A stretch of 64,000 nt of DNA, taken from positions 23,050,795 through 23,114,794 of the forward strand of contig NC_092670.1 in NCBI RefSeq assembly GCF_964355755.1, in the 5' to 3' direction. Under the pieces are notes generated by a model that was not told the origin of the DNA, made no database searches, and saw only the letters and a list, made by a program, of their open reading frames with translations. This stretch comes from Antedon mediterranea. Taxonomy: Eukaryota > Animalia > Echinodermata. Position 1 is the first letter of the stretch. Each line of letters starts with the position of its first letter. The position numbers and the translations under genes are program-made. Below are positions 25,362 to 37,812 of this stretch, piece after piece.

Positions 25362-25800
25362 CTCCAACACTGTTGAAGGGTAGTTCTTAACCCCTTTTCT
25401 TCCATTATAAGTGCTGATATTGTTAATTTGATTTGTCATAGCACCCGACACACCCAAGGCTGGTTCCCCCACCCCCACCATATAACTACGTCGATACAAT
25501 TAAGTAGGCTAATGCCTAATGTCAACACTTTTTTTATATTTTGGTGTTTTATAAGGTACACATTAATTGCATACCTTAGATTTGTTTGTCAACCTCAATG
25601 AATTATTATCAATAGTTGGTTTTAAGTTCGGTTATCATAACCTTACTTCCCACTTCTAACATGAATAATTGTTTTGCTACTACACCTTCTGTCTTATTTA
25701 TATAGCAATTTTTTACTTTGGTATTATTACTTTAAATTACTGAACCAACACTGAATATCTCTGCTGCTTGAAGATTCCCTCTGTTAAAATTTTTCAATTA
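25362..25800 (-). pseudogene. Second inverted exon1-exon3 deletion copy of the OB-fold gene
   Basis: Near-identical to 18566-19005, as part of the block duplication. Confidence 0.8.
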
Positions 25801-26122
25801 TAATTTTATCAATTTAAATGTTTAAAAAACAATATATTATAAACCAACTAACCTACAAAGTTTAATAAACACTGGATTTTAAAAACGTGAAGTCTGAAAT
25901 GTTGTTCCCTGCAAATTTTTAAGTAATAAATTTCAGTAAATTTTTTTTTTTAAATGATGTAATTTGTTTCTAAATGAGGTAAATGATTAATGTAAATTTA
26001 ATAATTTTGTATTTATAATCAGTGTAATTTGCTGCTAATTAAGATAAATAATGTATATTTTGTGTTATAATCTTTGTAATTTGTTGTTAATTAAGATAAT
26101 TTAAAATCAGTGTAAATTATTA

Positions 26123-26690
26123 GTCATAGCACCCGACACTCTGGAGGCTGCTTCTCCCCACATAACTATGTCGATACATCACTATGTCATACAAGGCAAT
26201 AAATACACTGTTTTGTTTTTTGAAATCATAACATGTGATGGTAAAACTGAATCTATATTATATATATTTGGATTTTCTTTTATATAATTATATTAATAAA
26301 TAATAGTTTATAATTGAATATATACATCTGGTGAATATTTTATATCGACATAGATGTGGGCCTAATAACAAATAAATGGCACTTTTGTAAATTAAATAAA
26401 CAATTATATTACCAAAAAATATACATTAATTGCATACCTTAGATTTGTCTGTGAAACTCGATGAATTATTATCAAGGCTTGGTTTAACGTTTGGTTATCA
26501 TAACTTTTCTTCCGATCTCTAACATGAATAATCGTTTTGCTAGTACACCTTCTGTCTCATTTATATAGCAATTTTTTATTTTGGTATCATTACATTTCAT
26601 TACTGAACCAACACCGAAGGATCTCCGCCACTTAGAAGATTCAATCCTTTCAAATTTTTCGACTATGTACATCTTCAGTACTTTCGACAT
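26123..26690 (-). pseudogene. Third inverted OB-fold gene fragment (exon 1 with its leader and donor, plus a small exon-3 piece)
   Basis: ORF 26484-26690 MSKVLKMYIVEKFERIESSKWRRSFGVGSV... is a close paralog of exon 1 that goes out of frame near 26490. Donor aaatctaag|gtatgc at ~26437; exon-3 remnant at 26123-26177. Confidence 0.85.
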
Positions 26691-26919
26691 CCTTTCGACA
26701 ACACCTTGACTTTACATTGACTTTCATTGAATTTTTGATTATAAGTTTATCAATTTCAATGTTTAAAAAACAATATGTTATAAACCATACAACTAGCCCA
26801 CAAATTGCAAATTTCATGATGACAAAGTTTAAATAAACACTGGTTTTAAAAATGTCAAGTCTGAAATGTGTTTCCTCTCCAATTTTTAATTAACAATCAG
26901 TTCGAGTAAATTAGTTATA

Positions 26920-29430
26920 AAAAAATTGATGTAATTTGGTGTTAAATGATTAATGTAAATTTAATATGTTTATATTTATAATCAGTGTAATTTATTGCTA
27001 ATTAAGATAAATAATTAATGTAAATTTGAATATTTTTTTAAATTTATAATTAGTGTAATTTATTGGTAATTCAGATAAATTATTATTGGTGTAATTTGCT
27101 GCTAATTAAGATAAACAATGTAAATTTTGTATTATAATTTTTGTACTTTGTTATTAATTAAGATAATTTAAAATCAGTGTAATTTGTTGGTAAATTAGTT
27201 AAATGAAAAATATAAATATAATAATTTTGCTAATTGAGATAAATTATTAATCTAAATTTAATAATTTTGTATTATAATTGATGATTTTTTTTAAAAATTA
27301 CAATAGATAATGTAAAGTGTTATCATTTTGTATAATCACTGTAATTTACTGCTAAAGATGTAAAGTTTGTATTATAATCTTTGTACTTTGTTGCTAATTA
27401 AAGATGATTTAAATTAGTGTAATTTGTTGGTAAATGAATAATATAAATATACTAATGTTATATTTACAATCAGTGTAATTTGCTGCTAATTAAGATTTTA
27501 AAATCAGTTTTATTGTTGTTGTTTGTTGACTTAAATATATAATATAAATATAGGCCTAATAATGTTGTATTTTTAATCGGTGTAATTTGCTGCTAATTAA
27601 GATAAATAACTATTGTACTGTTTGCTACAAGATACCTATTAAATGTCAGTATGATATGATTTATTTGTTTTAGTCGTTTTTTAAAATGTTATTCCATTTT
27701 ATGTAAGCCGTTAGTTGTGGTCATTATATGATGTTACAAGAGTTTTGCAAAATCAGCATATCGAGGGGCGCGTCAATAGGCTTGTGTAACTTTAGTACGT
27801 TGCAGTTTTGTTGTAAAACCTTTTAACGACCACGATAAGTTAACAATTGCAAGTTTCGCTGAGAAAACCGGTTGGGTATAATAATAAACAAGGAGCTAAT
27901 GGTTCAATATATCAAGTTTTTTAATAGTGTTTGATAAAAGGGGCAGATGCTTTTTTTTTTTTAGGAGTGTTCAAAAAGTGCGTGGTATGTGAGGAATTAT
28001 TTTATCATTTCCAAAAGTGCGAGGCATAGTTTACAATTTCAAAAAGGTGCGAGGCATATCCTATTATGCTATATTATAGGCCTAAATAACCAACTGTTTA
28101 TATTTTTATAATAGGCCTAGCGTATCTAAACAGATTGGTGTATATACCCATCATGTTGTTTATTTTTATGTAACGATTGTTACATATTGATTGTGTCAAA
28201 TTTTACTTTTACAAAAGTGCCGAACTGTTGAAAAGTTTTGCATCTGTATGCGCCATATTTTAAAAATCTGAACGACAGTCTTCAACTTTCGATAAACAAT
28301 AAGCGACACTCATCAATTGACTGTTATGTCATGCTTGTTGGTATTTCGAGCGTGTGTACTTTACAAATTGATTACAATCGATTTAATTACATGTCTCTCA
28401 AACATAGCAGAGTGAAAATAATATTGTCTCACCCCGGTAGTTGATCTGAGAGATGGAAAATCCCTCCCTGAGAGGATTCGGCCTTGTGGCACGAGGTTTT
28501 AGCACCAACGCACAGCCTTCTCTCTGAGCGGCGTGCCAAAGACATTTTTGACATTCCATTCTCTAGGAAATCAACACGTGTACCTCTCTCGGAAATAAAG
28601 TGAACAGCGATGGCCAGGACAAGTTCAATAACTGGCGGTGAATAAAAGGTAACTGATATGCCGATCTAATAACATGCCGCAAAGAAAAAAAAACTGCGAG
28701 AGAATTCTGGAACGTGTGTGAAAAAGACTTACGCCCGACAACTAGGCCTAAACAAAAATTAAACTTTAGCTAATAATATGCCTAGCACTAATCTAGACCA
28801 CCCTTCAACACATTGATATTATTTAATTTTGTATTTAGTTTAATTTGGTGCTAGTTAAAATAAAATTTATTTAATAATTAATGTAAATTTAATGATTTTG
28901 TACTTAAAGTCAGTGTCAGTTGCTAAATGAGTTAAATGTTTTTATATTTATAATCAGTGTAATTTGCTGCTAATAAATATTTAATGTAGCTTTAATTTTG
29001 TATTTATAATTAGTGTAATTTATTGCTAATAAAGATAAATAATTAATATAAATTTAAAAAATATTTTTTTATTGGTAATTGAGATAAATTATTAATGTCA
29101 ATTTAATGATTTTGTATGTATAATTGGTGAAATTTTTGCTGATTGTAATACATCATTATGTAAAGTGTAATAATTGTGTATTATCAGTGTAGTTTGTTGG
29201 TAAATGAGTTAAGTAATTAATGTAAATTTAATAGTTTTGTATTTATAATCAGTGGAATTTGCTGCTAATTAAGATAATATATAATGTACGTAAATTTGGT
29301 ATTATAATCAGTGTAATTTGTTGTAAATAATAATAAATAATATAAATATAGGCCTAATAATGTTGTATTTATAATCGGTGTAATTTGCTGCTAATTAAGA
29401 TGAATAATTAATGTTCTGTTTGCTACAAGA
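26920..29430. repeat. AT-rich minisatellite blocks (26920-27620 and 28800-29430), same motif as 19150-21260
   Basis: Repeated atcagtgtaatttgctgctaattaagataaa variants. Confidence 0.75.
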
Positions 29431-29839
29431 CAACTATTAAATGTCATTATGATATGATTTAATTGTTTTACTCGTTTTTTTTTTTTTATTGCATTTTATG
29501 TAAGCCGTTAGTCCTTAAGGGATGGCAAAATCAGCATTGTAGTTGTCAAGAGTTGTCAAAACAACAATGCAATATATATTTTTTATTAAATGATTTGCAT
29601 AAAATCAATAATTAAATATCAAAATAGAATTTAATATGATTGGTTTTTTTTTCATGAAAACACAACCTTTGGTCCAGGCTCAGATTGCGAGTGTGACCTT
29701 CACAAAAAGTTGTATACTTCCTAATCTATGGTGGCGCCGTATCGGATGGACAATCAGAGCCATATGCTTTGTGGACAATATTACTGGTACAGGGAAAACC
29801 TTGTGATTATTATATATTTTGGTACATACTACCTCCATA

Positions 29840-30130
29840 TATCACTTGATGACGTCATGATACCAGATAGACAACATGAATTCATATCTACAATTCAACA
29901 ACTTCCATATTAAATTTTAATCATTTGGGTCACTTTTCATTCCGATGAGATCTAAACAGATTAAAATATACTGTATAGATAAAATTAAGCAACTGATGTT
30001 ATTCTAATTTTTTTTATGATGACGTAGGCCTAATGAAAATTAAAAAATGTTTAACATGTGAAGGAAATTTGATTTCTGTTGAACATTACATTTGTTTTTT
30101 CAATAGGAAGTTAGGGCACGATATAAATTA
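29840..30130 (-). repeat. Decayed remnant of the type-C terminal core unit
   Basis: gatgacgtca...catgaattcatatctacaattcaaacaacttcca...ttttaatcat...tcacttttcattccgatgag... aligns by eye with 8760-9040. Confidence 0.6.
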
Positions 30131-31123
30131 AACTTTTATGGTGAAAATGTGGTGAATTGTGTCTGGGCCTAGGCCTACAGCATTTATGTTACTTTTGGCG
30201 ACGATTGCGTGCCATATTAGTGAAGAACAACGTGGTTACACCTCCATGTTGGATTTGTAATAATTTATTATAGTATTGCTCCCGATATTGCTTCGCAATT
30301 TTATTTGTTAAAACGAACATATAGCCTATATTACAAAAAGTTTAAACACAATTGTGTTAAATATAATAGTAAGAAATAGGTAAGATATATTTTGCTTAAT
30401 TTGGATTTTTGATTTGTAATATTTAATTGCTTTTGTGTTTGTCATCAACATGAAATGGCCTATTCTAAGATAGGCCTAGGCCTAGGCCTAGGCTAGTCGT
30501 ATCCCGGATTACCTCTTCAGGAAGGCCTAGACCTAGCCTTGATTTAGCTGTACAGTACTGTAGTAGAGGCATAATGACGCTAGCCTAGTTCCACTTTGCA
30601 TCTGGCTTATAATTATATATTAACTCCTAATTTGTTAACAAACTTTATCTTGAATACCATGCCTTAAAATTAACACCGGTATAATTATAGCCTACTATTG
30701 TACTACTAGTCTTAGTTTAGAGGTCTTAATAGCATTGTGTTAGCAAGGTGAGCCTGCTTTGTAAAGTTCTCTTCTATGCCTACTAGCCTAGGTAGGGGCT
30801 AGGCCTAGTTTTTAGTTGTATAAGTTCCTAAAGAGAAGAAACAACGACTCGTTGAACAAGCTTACAGTAGCAAGTAGCCTGGGTTTAGGCTAGTCTATAC
30901 TATAGTCTAGTAAGTAGTAGTGTAGGTCAATTCAGTTCACTTTTTCACTTGTCTTATGTCATTAGCCTATATATTTTTGTCTTGTAGTTGTTGGAAGAGA
31001 TATAAGTACAGTAATAACATTATTGTTTCTACAGTACTTCATAATCTCTAGAATATTGTAAGTAGTGAACATAAAATAAATAATTTGTAGAGATGATTTA
31101 TGGTCTCGTGATTGGGAGAGAAG

Positions 31124-34100
31124 TGTTGCCTGTTATTTTGTAGGCATTCACTATTATGAAACATTTACATAATTCAGATTTTATTGTTTGTGATCAAACT
31201 ATTAAATGAAATTACCATTGAGACAACACGTAGGCCCCAATCAGCCGACCCATACCCAAAGTCATTTTGAGGAAATTTCTTAATTTTTCAGACATTGATT
31301 AAGAAGCTTGTTGATTTGGAAAAAGTGTTAATGTTGTTTATTACCATTATCAATGTTTTTCCTTGTTTTTTTTAGATTGTAGAAAATATACAGTTTCAGC
31401 TACAGCTGTGAGTATCAGTAGATTATTTGTTAAACGGAGAAAACATATTTTCCTTACTTTGTGAACTGTTGCCTGCCCTAATCAGTTGTCTCATACCCAA
31501 AGTCATTTTGAGGAAATTTCTTAATTTTTCAGACATTGATTAAGAAGCTTGTTGATTTGGAAAAAGTGTTAATGTTGTTTATTGCCATTATCAATGTTTT
31601 TCCTTGTTTTTTTGTAGATTGTAGAAAATATACAGTTTCAGCTACAGCTGTGAGTATCAGTAGATTATCTGTTAAACGGAGAAAACATATTTTCCTTCCT
31701 TTGTCAACTGTTGCCTGTTATTTTGTAGACATTTTCTATTAGGAAACATTTACGTAATTCAGATTTTATTGTTTGTGATCAAACAATTAAATGAAATTAC
31801 CATTGAGACAACATGTAGGCCGCAATCAGCCGGCCCATACCCAAAGTCATTTTGAGGAAATTTCCTAATTTTTCAGACATTGATTAAGAAGCATGTTGAT
31901 TTGGAAAAAGTGTTAATGTTGTTTATTGCCATTATCAATGTTTTTCCTTGTTTTTTTTTAGATTGTAGAAAATTAACAGTTTCAGCTACAGCTGTGAGTA
32001 TTAGTAGATTATCTGTTAAACGGAGAAAACATATTTTCCTTACTTTGTGAACTGTTGCCTGCCCTAATCAGTCGTCTCATACCCAAAGTCATTTTGAGGA
32101 AATTTCTTAATTTTTCAGACATTGATTAAGAAGCTTGTTGATTTGGAAAAAGTGTTAATGTTGTTTATTGCCATTATCAATGTTTTTCCTTGTTTTTTTT
32201 TAGATTGTAGAAAATATACAGTTTCAGCTACAGCTGTGAGTATCAGTAGATTATCTGTTAAACGGAGAAAACATATTTTCCTTACTTTGTGAACTGTTGC
32301 CTGTTATTTTGTAGACATTTTCTATTATGAAACATTTACGTAATTCAGATTTTATAGTTTGTGATCAAACAATTAAATGAAATTACCATTGAGACAACAT
32401 GTAGGCCGCAATCAGCCGGCCCATACCCAAAGTCATTTTGAGGAAATTTCCTAATTTTTCAGACATTGATTAAGAAGCATGTTGATTTGGAAAAAGTGTT
32501 AATGTTGTTTAGTGCCATTATCAATGTTTTTCCTTGTTTTTTTTAGATTGTAGAAAATTAACAGTTTCAGCTACAGCTGTGAGTATCAGTAGATTATCTG
32601 TTAAACGGAGAAAACATATTTTCCTTACTTTGTGAACTGTTGCCTGTTATTTTGTAGGCATTTTATATTATGAAACATTTACATAATTCAGATTTTATGG
32701 TTTGTGAATAAGATATTAAATGAAAGTAGTATTGAGACAACATGTAGACCCCAATCAGCCGGCCCATACCCAAAGTTATTTTGAGGAAATTTTTAAATTT
32801 TTCAGACATTAATTAAGAAGCATGTTGATTTAGCAAAAGGGTTAATGTTGTTTATTGCCATTATCAATGTTTTTCCTTGTTGTTTTTAGATTGTAGAAAA
32901 TATACAGTGTTAGCTACAGCTGTGAGTAGATTATTTGTTAAATGGAGAAAACATATTTTCCTTACTTTGTGAACTGTTGCCTGTTATTTTGTAGACATTT
33001 TCTATTATGAAACATTTACATCATTCAGATTTTATGGTTTGTGAATAAAATATTAAATTAAATTAGCATTGAGACAACATGTAGGCCCCAATTAGCCGAC
33101 CCATACCCAAAGTCATTTTGAGGAAATTTCTTAATTTTTCAGACATTGATTAAGAAGCTTGTTGATTTGGAAAAAGTGTTAATGTTGTTTATTGCCATTC
33201 TCAATGTTTTTCCTTGTTTTTTTTTTAGATTGTAGAAAATATACAGTGTCAGCTACAGCTGTGAGTATTAGTAGATTATCTGTTAAACAGAGGAAACATA
33301 TTTTCCTTACTTTGTGAACTGTTGCCTGTTATTTTGTAGGCATTTTCTATTATGAAACATTTACATCATTCAGATTTTATGATTTGTGAATAAAATATTA
33401 AATGAAATTAGCATTGAGACAACATTTAGGCCGCAATTAGCCGACCCATGCCCAAAGTCATTTTGAGGAAATTTCTTAATTTTTCAGACATTGATTAAGA
33501 AGCTTGTTGATTTGGAAAAAGTGTTAATGTTGTTTATTACCATTATCAATGTTTTTCCTTGTTTTTTTTAGATTGTAGAAAATATACAGTTTTAGCTACA
33601 GCTGTGAGTATCAGTAGATTATTTGTTAAACGGAGAAAACATATTTTCCTTACTTTGTGAACTGTTGCCTGCCCTAATCAGTCGTTTCATACCCAAAGTC
33701 ATTTTGAGGAAATTTCTTAATTTTTCAGACATTGATTAAGAAGCTTGTTGATTTGGAAAAAGTGTTAATGTTGTTTATTGCCATTATCAATGTTTTTCCT
33801 TGTTTTTTTTTAGATTGTAGAAAATATACAGTTTCAGCTACAGCTGTGAGTATCAGTAGATTATCTGTTAAACGGAGAAAACATATTTTCCTTACTTTGT
33901 GAACTGTTGCCTGTTATTTTGTAGACATTTTCTATTATGAAACATTTACGTAATTCAGATTTTATAGTTTGTGATCAAACAATTAAATGAAATTACCATT
34001 GAGACAACATGTAGGCCGCAATCAGCCGGCCCATACCCAAAGTTATTTTGAGGAAATTTCTTAATTTTTCAGACATTGATTAAGAAGCATGTTGATTTAG

Positions 34101-36155
34101 GAAAAGGGTTAATGTTGTTTATTGCCAATATCAATGTTTTTCCATGTTGTTTTTAGATTGTAGAAAATATACAGTGTTAGCTATAGCTGTGAGTATTAGT
34201 AGATTATCCGTTAAACGGAGAAAACATATTTTCCTTACTTTGTGAACAGTTGCCTGTTATTTTGTAGGCATTTTCTATTATGAAACATTTACATAATTCA
34301 GATTTTATGGTTTGTGAATAAAATATTAAATGAAATTAGCATTGAGACAACATGTAGGCCCTAACCAGCCGTCCCATACCTAAAGTCATTTTGAGGAAAT
34401 TTCTTAATTTTTCAGACCTCGATTAAGAAGCATGTTGATTTGGAAAAAGTGTTAATGTTGTTTATTGCCAATTATTAATGTTTTTTCTTGTTTTTTTTTA
34501 GATTGTAGAAAATATACAGTGTCAGCTACAGCTGTGAGTATTAGTAGATTATCTGTTAAACGGAGAAAACATATTTTCTTTACTTTGTGAACCGTTGCCT
34601 GTTATTTTGTAGGCATTTTCTATTATGTAATATTCACATCATTCAGATTTTATGGTTTGTGAATAAAATATTAAATGAAATTAGCATTGAGACAACATGT
34701 AGGCCCTAACCAGCTGTCTCATACCCAAAGTCATTTTGAGGAATTTCTTATTTTTTCAGACATTGATTAAGAAGCTTGTTGATTTGGAAAAAGTGTTAAT
34801 GTTGTTTATTGCCAATTATTAATGTTTTCCCTTGTTTTTTTGTTTTAGATTGTAGAACATATACAGTGTTAGCTACAGCTGTGAGTATTAGTAGATTATC
34901 TGTTAAACGGAGAAAACATATTTTCCTTACTTTGTGAACTGTTGCCTGTTATTTTGTAGACATTTTCTATTATGAAACATTTACGTAATTCAGATTTTAT
35001 TGTTTGTGATCAAATAATTAAATGAAATTACCATTGAGACAACATGTAGGCCGCAATCAGCCGGCCCATACCCAAAGTCATTTTGAGGAAATTTCCTAAT
35101 TTTTCAGACATTGATTAAGAAGCATGTTGATTTGGAAAAAGTGTTAATGTTGTTTATTGCCATTCTCAATGTTTTTCCTTGTTTTTTTTTAGATTGTAGA
35201 AAATTAACAGTTTCAGCTACAGCTGTGAGTATTAGTAGATTATTTGTTAAACGGAGAAAACATATTTTCCTTACTTTGTGAACTGTTGCCTGTTATTTTG
35301 TAGGCATTTTATATTATGAAACATTTACATAATTCAGATTTTATGGTTTGTGAATAAGATATTAAATGAAAGTAGTATTGAGACAACATGTAGACCCCAA
35401 TCAGCCGGTCCATATCCAAGGTTTTTTTGAGGAAATTTTTTAATTTTCAGTCATTGATTAAGAAGCACGTTGATTTAGCGAAAGGGTTAATGTTGTTTCT
35501 TGCCATTATCAATGTTTTTCCTTGTTGTTTTTAGATTGTAGAAAATATACAGTGTTAGCTACAGCTGTGAGTATTAGTAGATTATCTGTTAAACGGAGAA
35601 AACATATTTTCTTTACTTTGTGAACAGTTGCCTGTTATTTTGTAGGAATTTTCTATTATGAAACATTTACGGCATTCAGATTTTATGGTTTGTGAATAAA
35701 ATATTAAATGAAATTAGCATAGAGACAACATGTAGGCCCTAACCAGCTGTCTCATACCCAAAGTTATTTTGAGGAATTTCTTAATTTTTCAGACATTGAT
35801 TAAGAAGCATGTTGATTTGGAAAAAGTGTTAATGTTGTTTATTGCCAATTATTAATATTTTTCCTTGTTTTTTTGTTTTAGATTGTAGAACATATACAGT
35901 GTCAGCTACAGCTGTGAGTATTAGTAGATTATCTGTTAAACGGATAAAACATATTTTCTTTAGTTTGTGAACCGTTGGCATTGATTAAGAAGCATGTTGA
36001 TTTTAAAAAAGTGTTAATGTTGTTTATTTGCCATTATTAATGATTTTCCTTTTATTTTTTAGATTGTAGTTGTACAGAAAATATACAGTGTCAGTTACAG
36101 CTGTGAGTATTAGAAAATTATCTGTAAAACGGAAAAAACATATTTTCCTTACTTT
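31124..36155 (+). repeat. Tandem array of 16 units (~344-bp long and ~241-bp short forms, last unit truncated), each with a putative 32-nt micro-exon
   Basis: gctacagctgtgagt-type marker at ~31400, 31641, 31986, 32226, 32570, 32914, 33251, 33595, 33836, 34180, 34524, 34871, 35215, 35558, 35904 and 36094. Confidence 0.92.
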
Positions 36156-36734
36156 ATGCCCTCCCTTAATTGATAAACATGTGTTGTTTGTAAATTTACT
36201 ATACTGAGTGACCAAATATTTTTGTGTATAAAATTCTATTTTATTAGAACATTGAATAATTAAACCTATTTTCAGATTAATTTTGAAGGTGAAATTTTTA
36301 TGAAAGAATTTGTTTCCGACACATTCCATGTAATGAAGTTTTGACATATTTTTAGGTCAAAATATCTTCTATAGTGATTTATTTATATTGTATAAACCAA
36401 AGTCACAAATATATTATCACCGTTTACTTCAAAATTTGGGACAATCATCCTTTTTAACATAAATGTGGTGGTCAGTTTCTCCAGACATAAATTTGCAATT
36501 TTATAAAATGGGTCTCTATCCTAAATTTAGTAGTGAGTTGGTCCTAATTTGTTTTGCTAGGCCCAATAGATCATGTTACATTCCACAAGGGGGATATGTA
36601 TATTATTATTTAGGTATTTGTAAAAACACTGATTTATCTACTGATTCAATTTATAATTGTTTGACTGGAATTCTTAGTACTGTACCGTGTATCTTAAAAT
36701 TAATAACTAACTCTTTTTTTTTTCTTTTGTTGTA

Positions 36735-36830
36735 GGTGACTGTCTTATATAAACCCACTGGATCTCAGAAGAGATCCGGGTCTTTAGAAAAAGATCCACT
36801 CTCCAAAGAGAGTTTCTACGAGGGGTTACC
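36735..36830 (+). other. Cluster of three adjacent tetraloop hairpins inside a possible closing stem
   Basis: ggatctc-agaa-gagatcc (36760-36777), ggtcttt-agaa-aaagatc (~36779-36796) and actctc-caaa-gagagt (36798-36813). The flanks ggtgact... and ...ggttacc can pair using G-U pairs. Confidence 0.6.
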
Positions 36831-36889
36831 GAATTTTAATATATGCACAATTTCTTTTTAAACATTTTTTAAAAGTATCTTTGAAACAT

Positions 36890-37256
36890 TCAATAAAACC
36901 TTGAAGTAAACAGAAGTTTATCACAAGGAAAAACTAATAAACAAAAGTTTATTACAAACCATTTTTGCAAAAGCAAAAGTGTAAAACCTTGAAGATAACA
37001 AAAGTTAATCACAAGGAAACAACTAATAAACAAAAGTTTATTACAAAACCATTTTTGCAAAAGCAAAAGTGTAAAACCTTGAAGATAACAGAAGTTAATC
37101 ACAAGGAAACAACTAATAAACAAAAGTTTATTACAAAACCATTTTTGCAAAAGCAAAAGTGTAAAACCTTGAAGATAACAGAAGTTAATCACAAGGAAAC
37201 AATTAATAAACAAAAGTTTATTACAAAATCATTTTTTGCAAAAGCAAAAGTGTAAA
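36890..37256 (+). repeat. 93-bp tandem repeat, ~4 copies
   Basis: aaagcaaaagtgtaaaaccttgaagataacagaagttaatcacaaggaaacaactaataaacaaaagtttattacaaaaccatttttgca repeated, ATG-free. Confidence 0.92.
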
Positions 37257-37812
37257 GTTAAAGTTTGATTATACAAACAAAAGTTTGAAGAATATAACAG
37301 AAGCTTATTATAAAGAAATAAATATTAAACAGAGTTTATTACAAAGGAATTAATTAAAGAAGATTTAAAGATCACTTTTATTTGAATCTGTTATTAAGTA
37401 GAATTGTAAAAAGAATAAAAATTAGAATCTGAAACTATTTAGCATAACCAAGTATTACAGAGAAGTTTAAATTAATATAAAGTATTTCATCAAGCCAATA
37501 TTAAATAGAAGCTAATTTTTTTATTCAGTGAAATTGTATAATCGAATTATTGAAAAAAAGCAGACAAAAAAAATTATTGACAAAGAGAAAAGAAATTAGG
37601 ACAAAAGTTAAAAATCATAGAAACAAAAGACAATATAAAATTGAATTGTTTTTGGAATTTTAATAATTTATTTTGTTTTAGCAAGGATTTCTTGAATTGA
37701 TAAAAAGAACCTAATTGTAATATTCATTGGAATTGCAGAATACATTTTAATTTAATTTGTAAACAAAGTTTATTAATTTGAAGAAACTTGTTTCTTATAC
37801 AAATTTTGAATA

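Larger units (their letters stand above)
22891..28680 (+). repeat. Diverged direct duplicate of the 14550-22430 block (promoter, OB gene, inverted fragment, AT minisatellite, tail)
   Basis: Matching anchors: 14551/22892 (tacgagac...ctagtattttgtgctgccac), 17950-19270/24720-26110, 21220-21460/27630-27860 and 22060-22425/28140-28675. Confidence 0.85.
30200..37812 (+). other. Putative spliced 5'UTR of the RepHel gene
   Basis: Donor AG|GTAAGA at 30379/80. Exon 30988-31057 (tttttgtcttgtag|...|gtaagt). 16 repeated micro-exons. Strong acceptor ctcttttttttttcttttgttgtag| at 36735. Only one ATG (36843, 9-codon uORF) found in 36736-37812. Confidence 0.55.

Noticed and set aside
31124-36155. CRISPR-like or protein-coding repeat array (ORFs 31536-31742, 36024-36347)
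   Set aside because: There are no unique spacers or cas genes and the context is eukaryotic. Unit lengths are not multiples of 3 and frames are interrupted.
36890-37255. ORFs on both strands across the 93-bp repeat
   Set aside because: They are open only because the unit is a stop-free multiple of 3; no ATG start on the plus strand.
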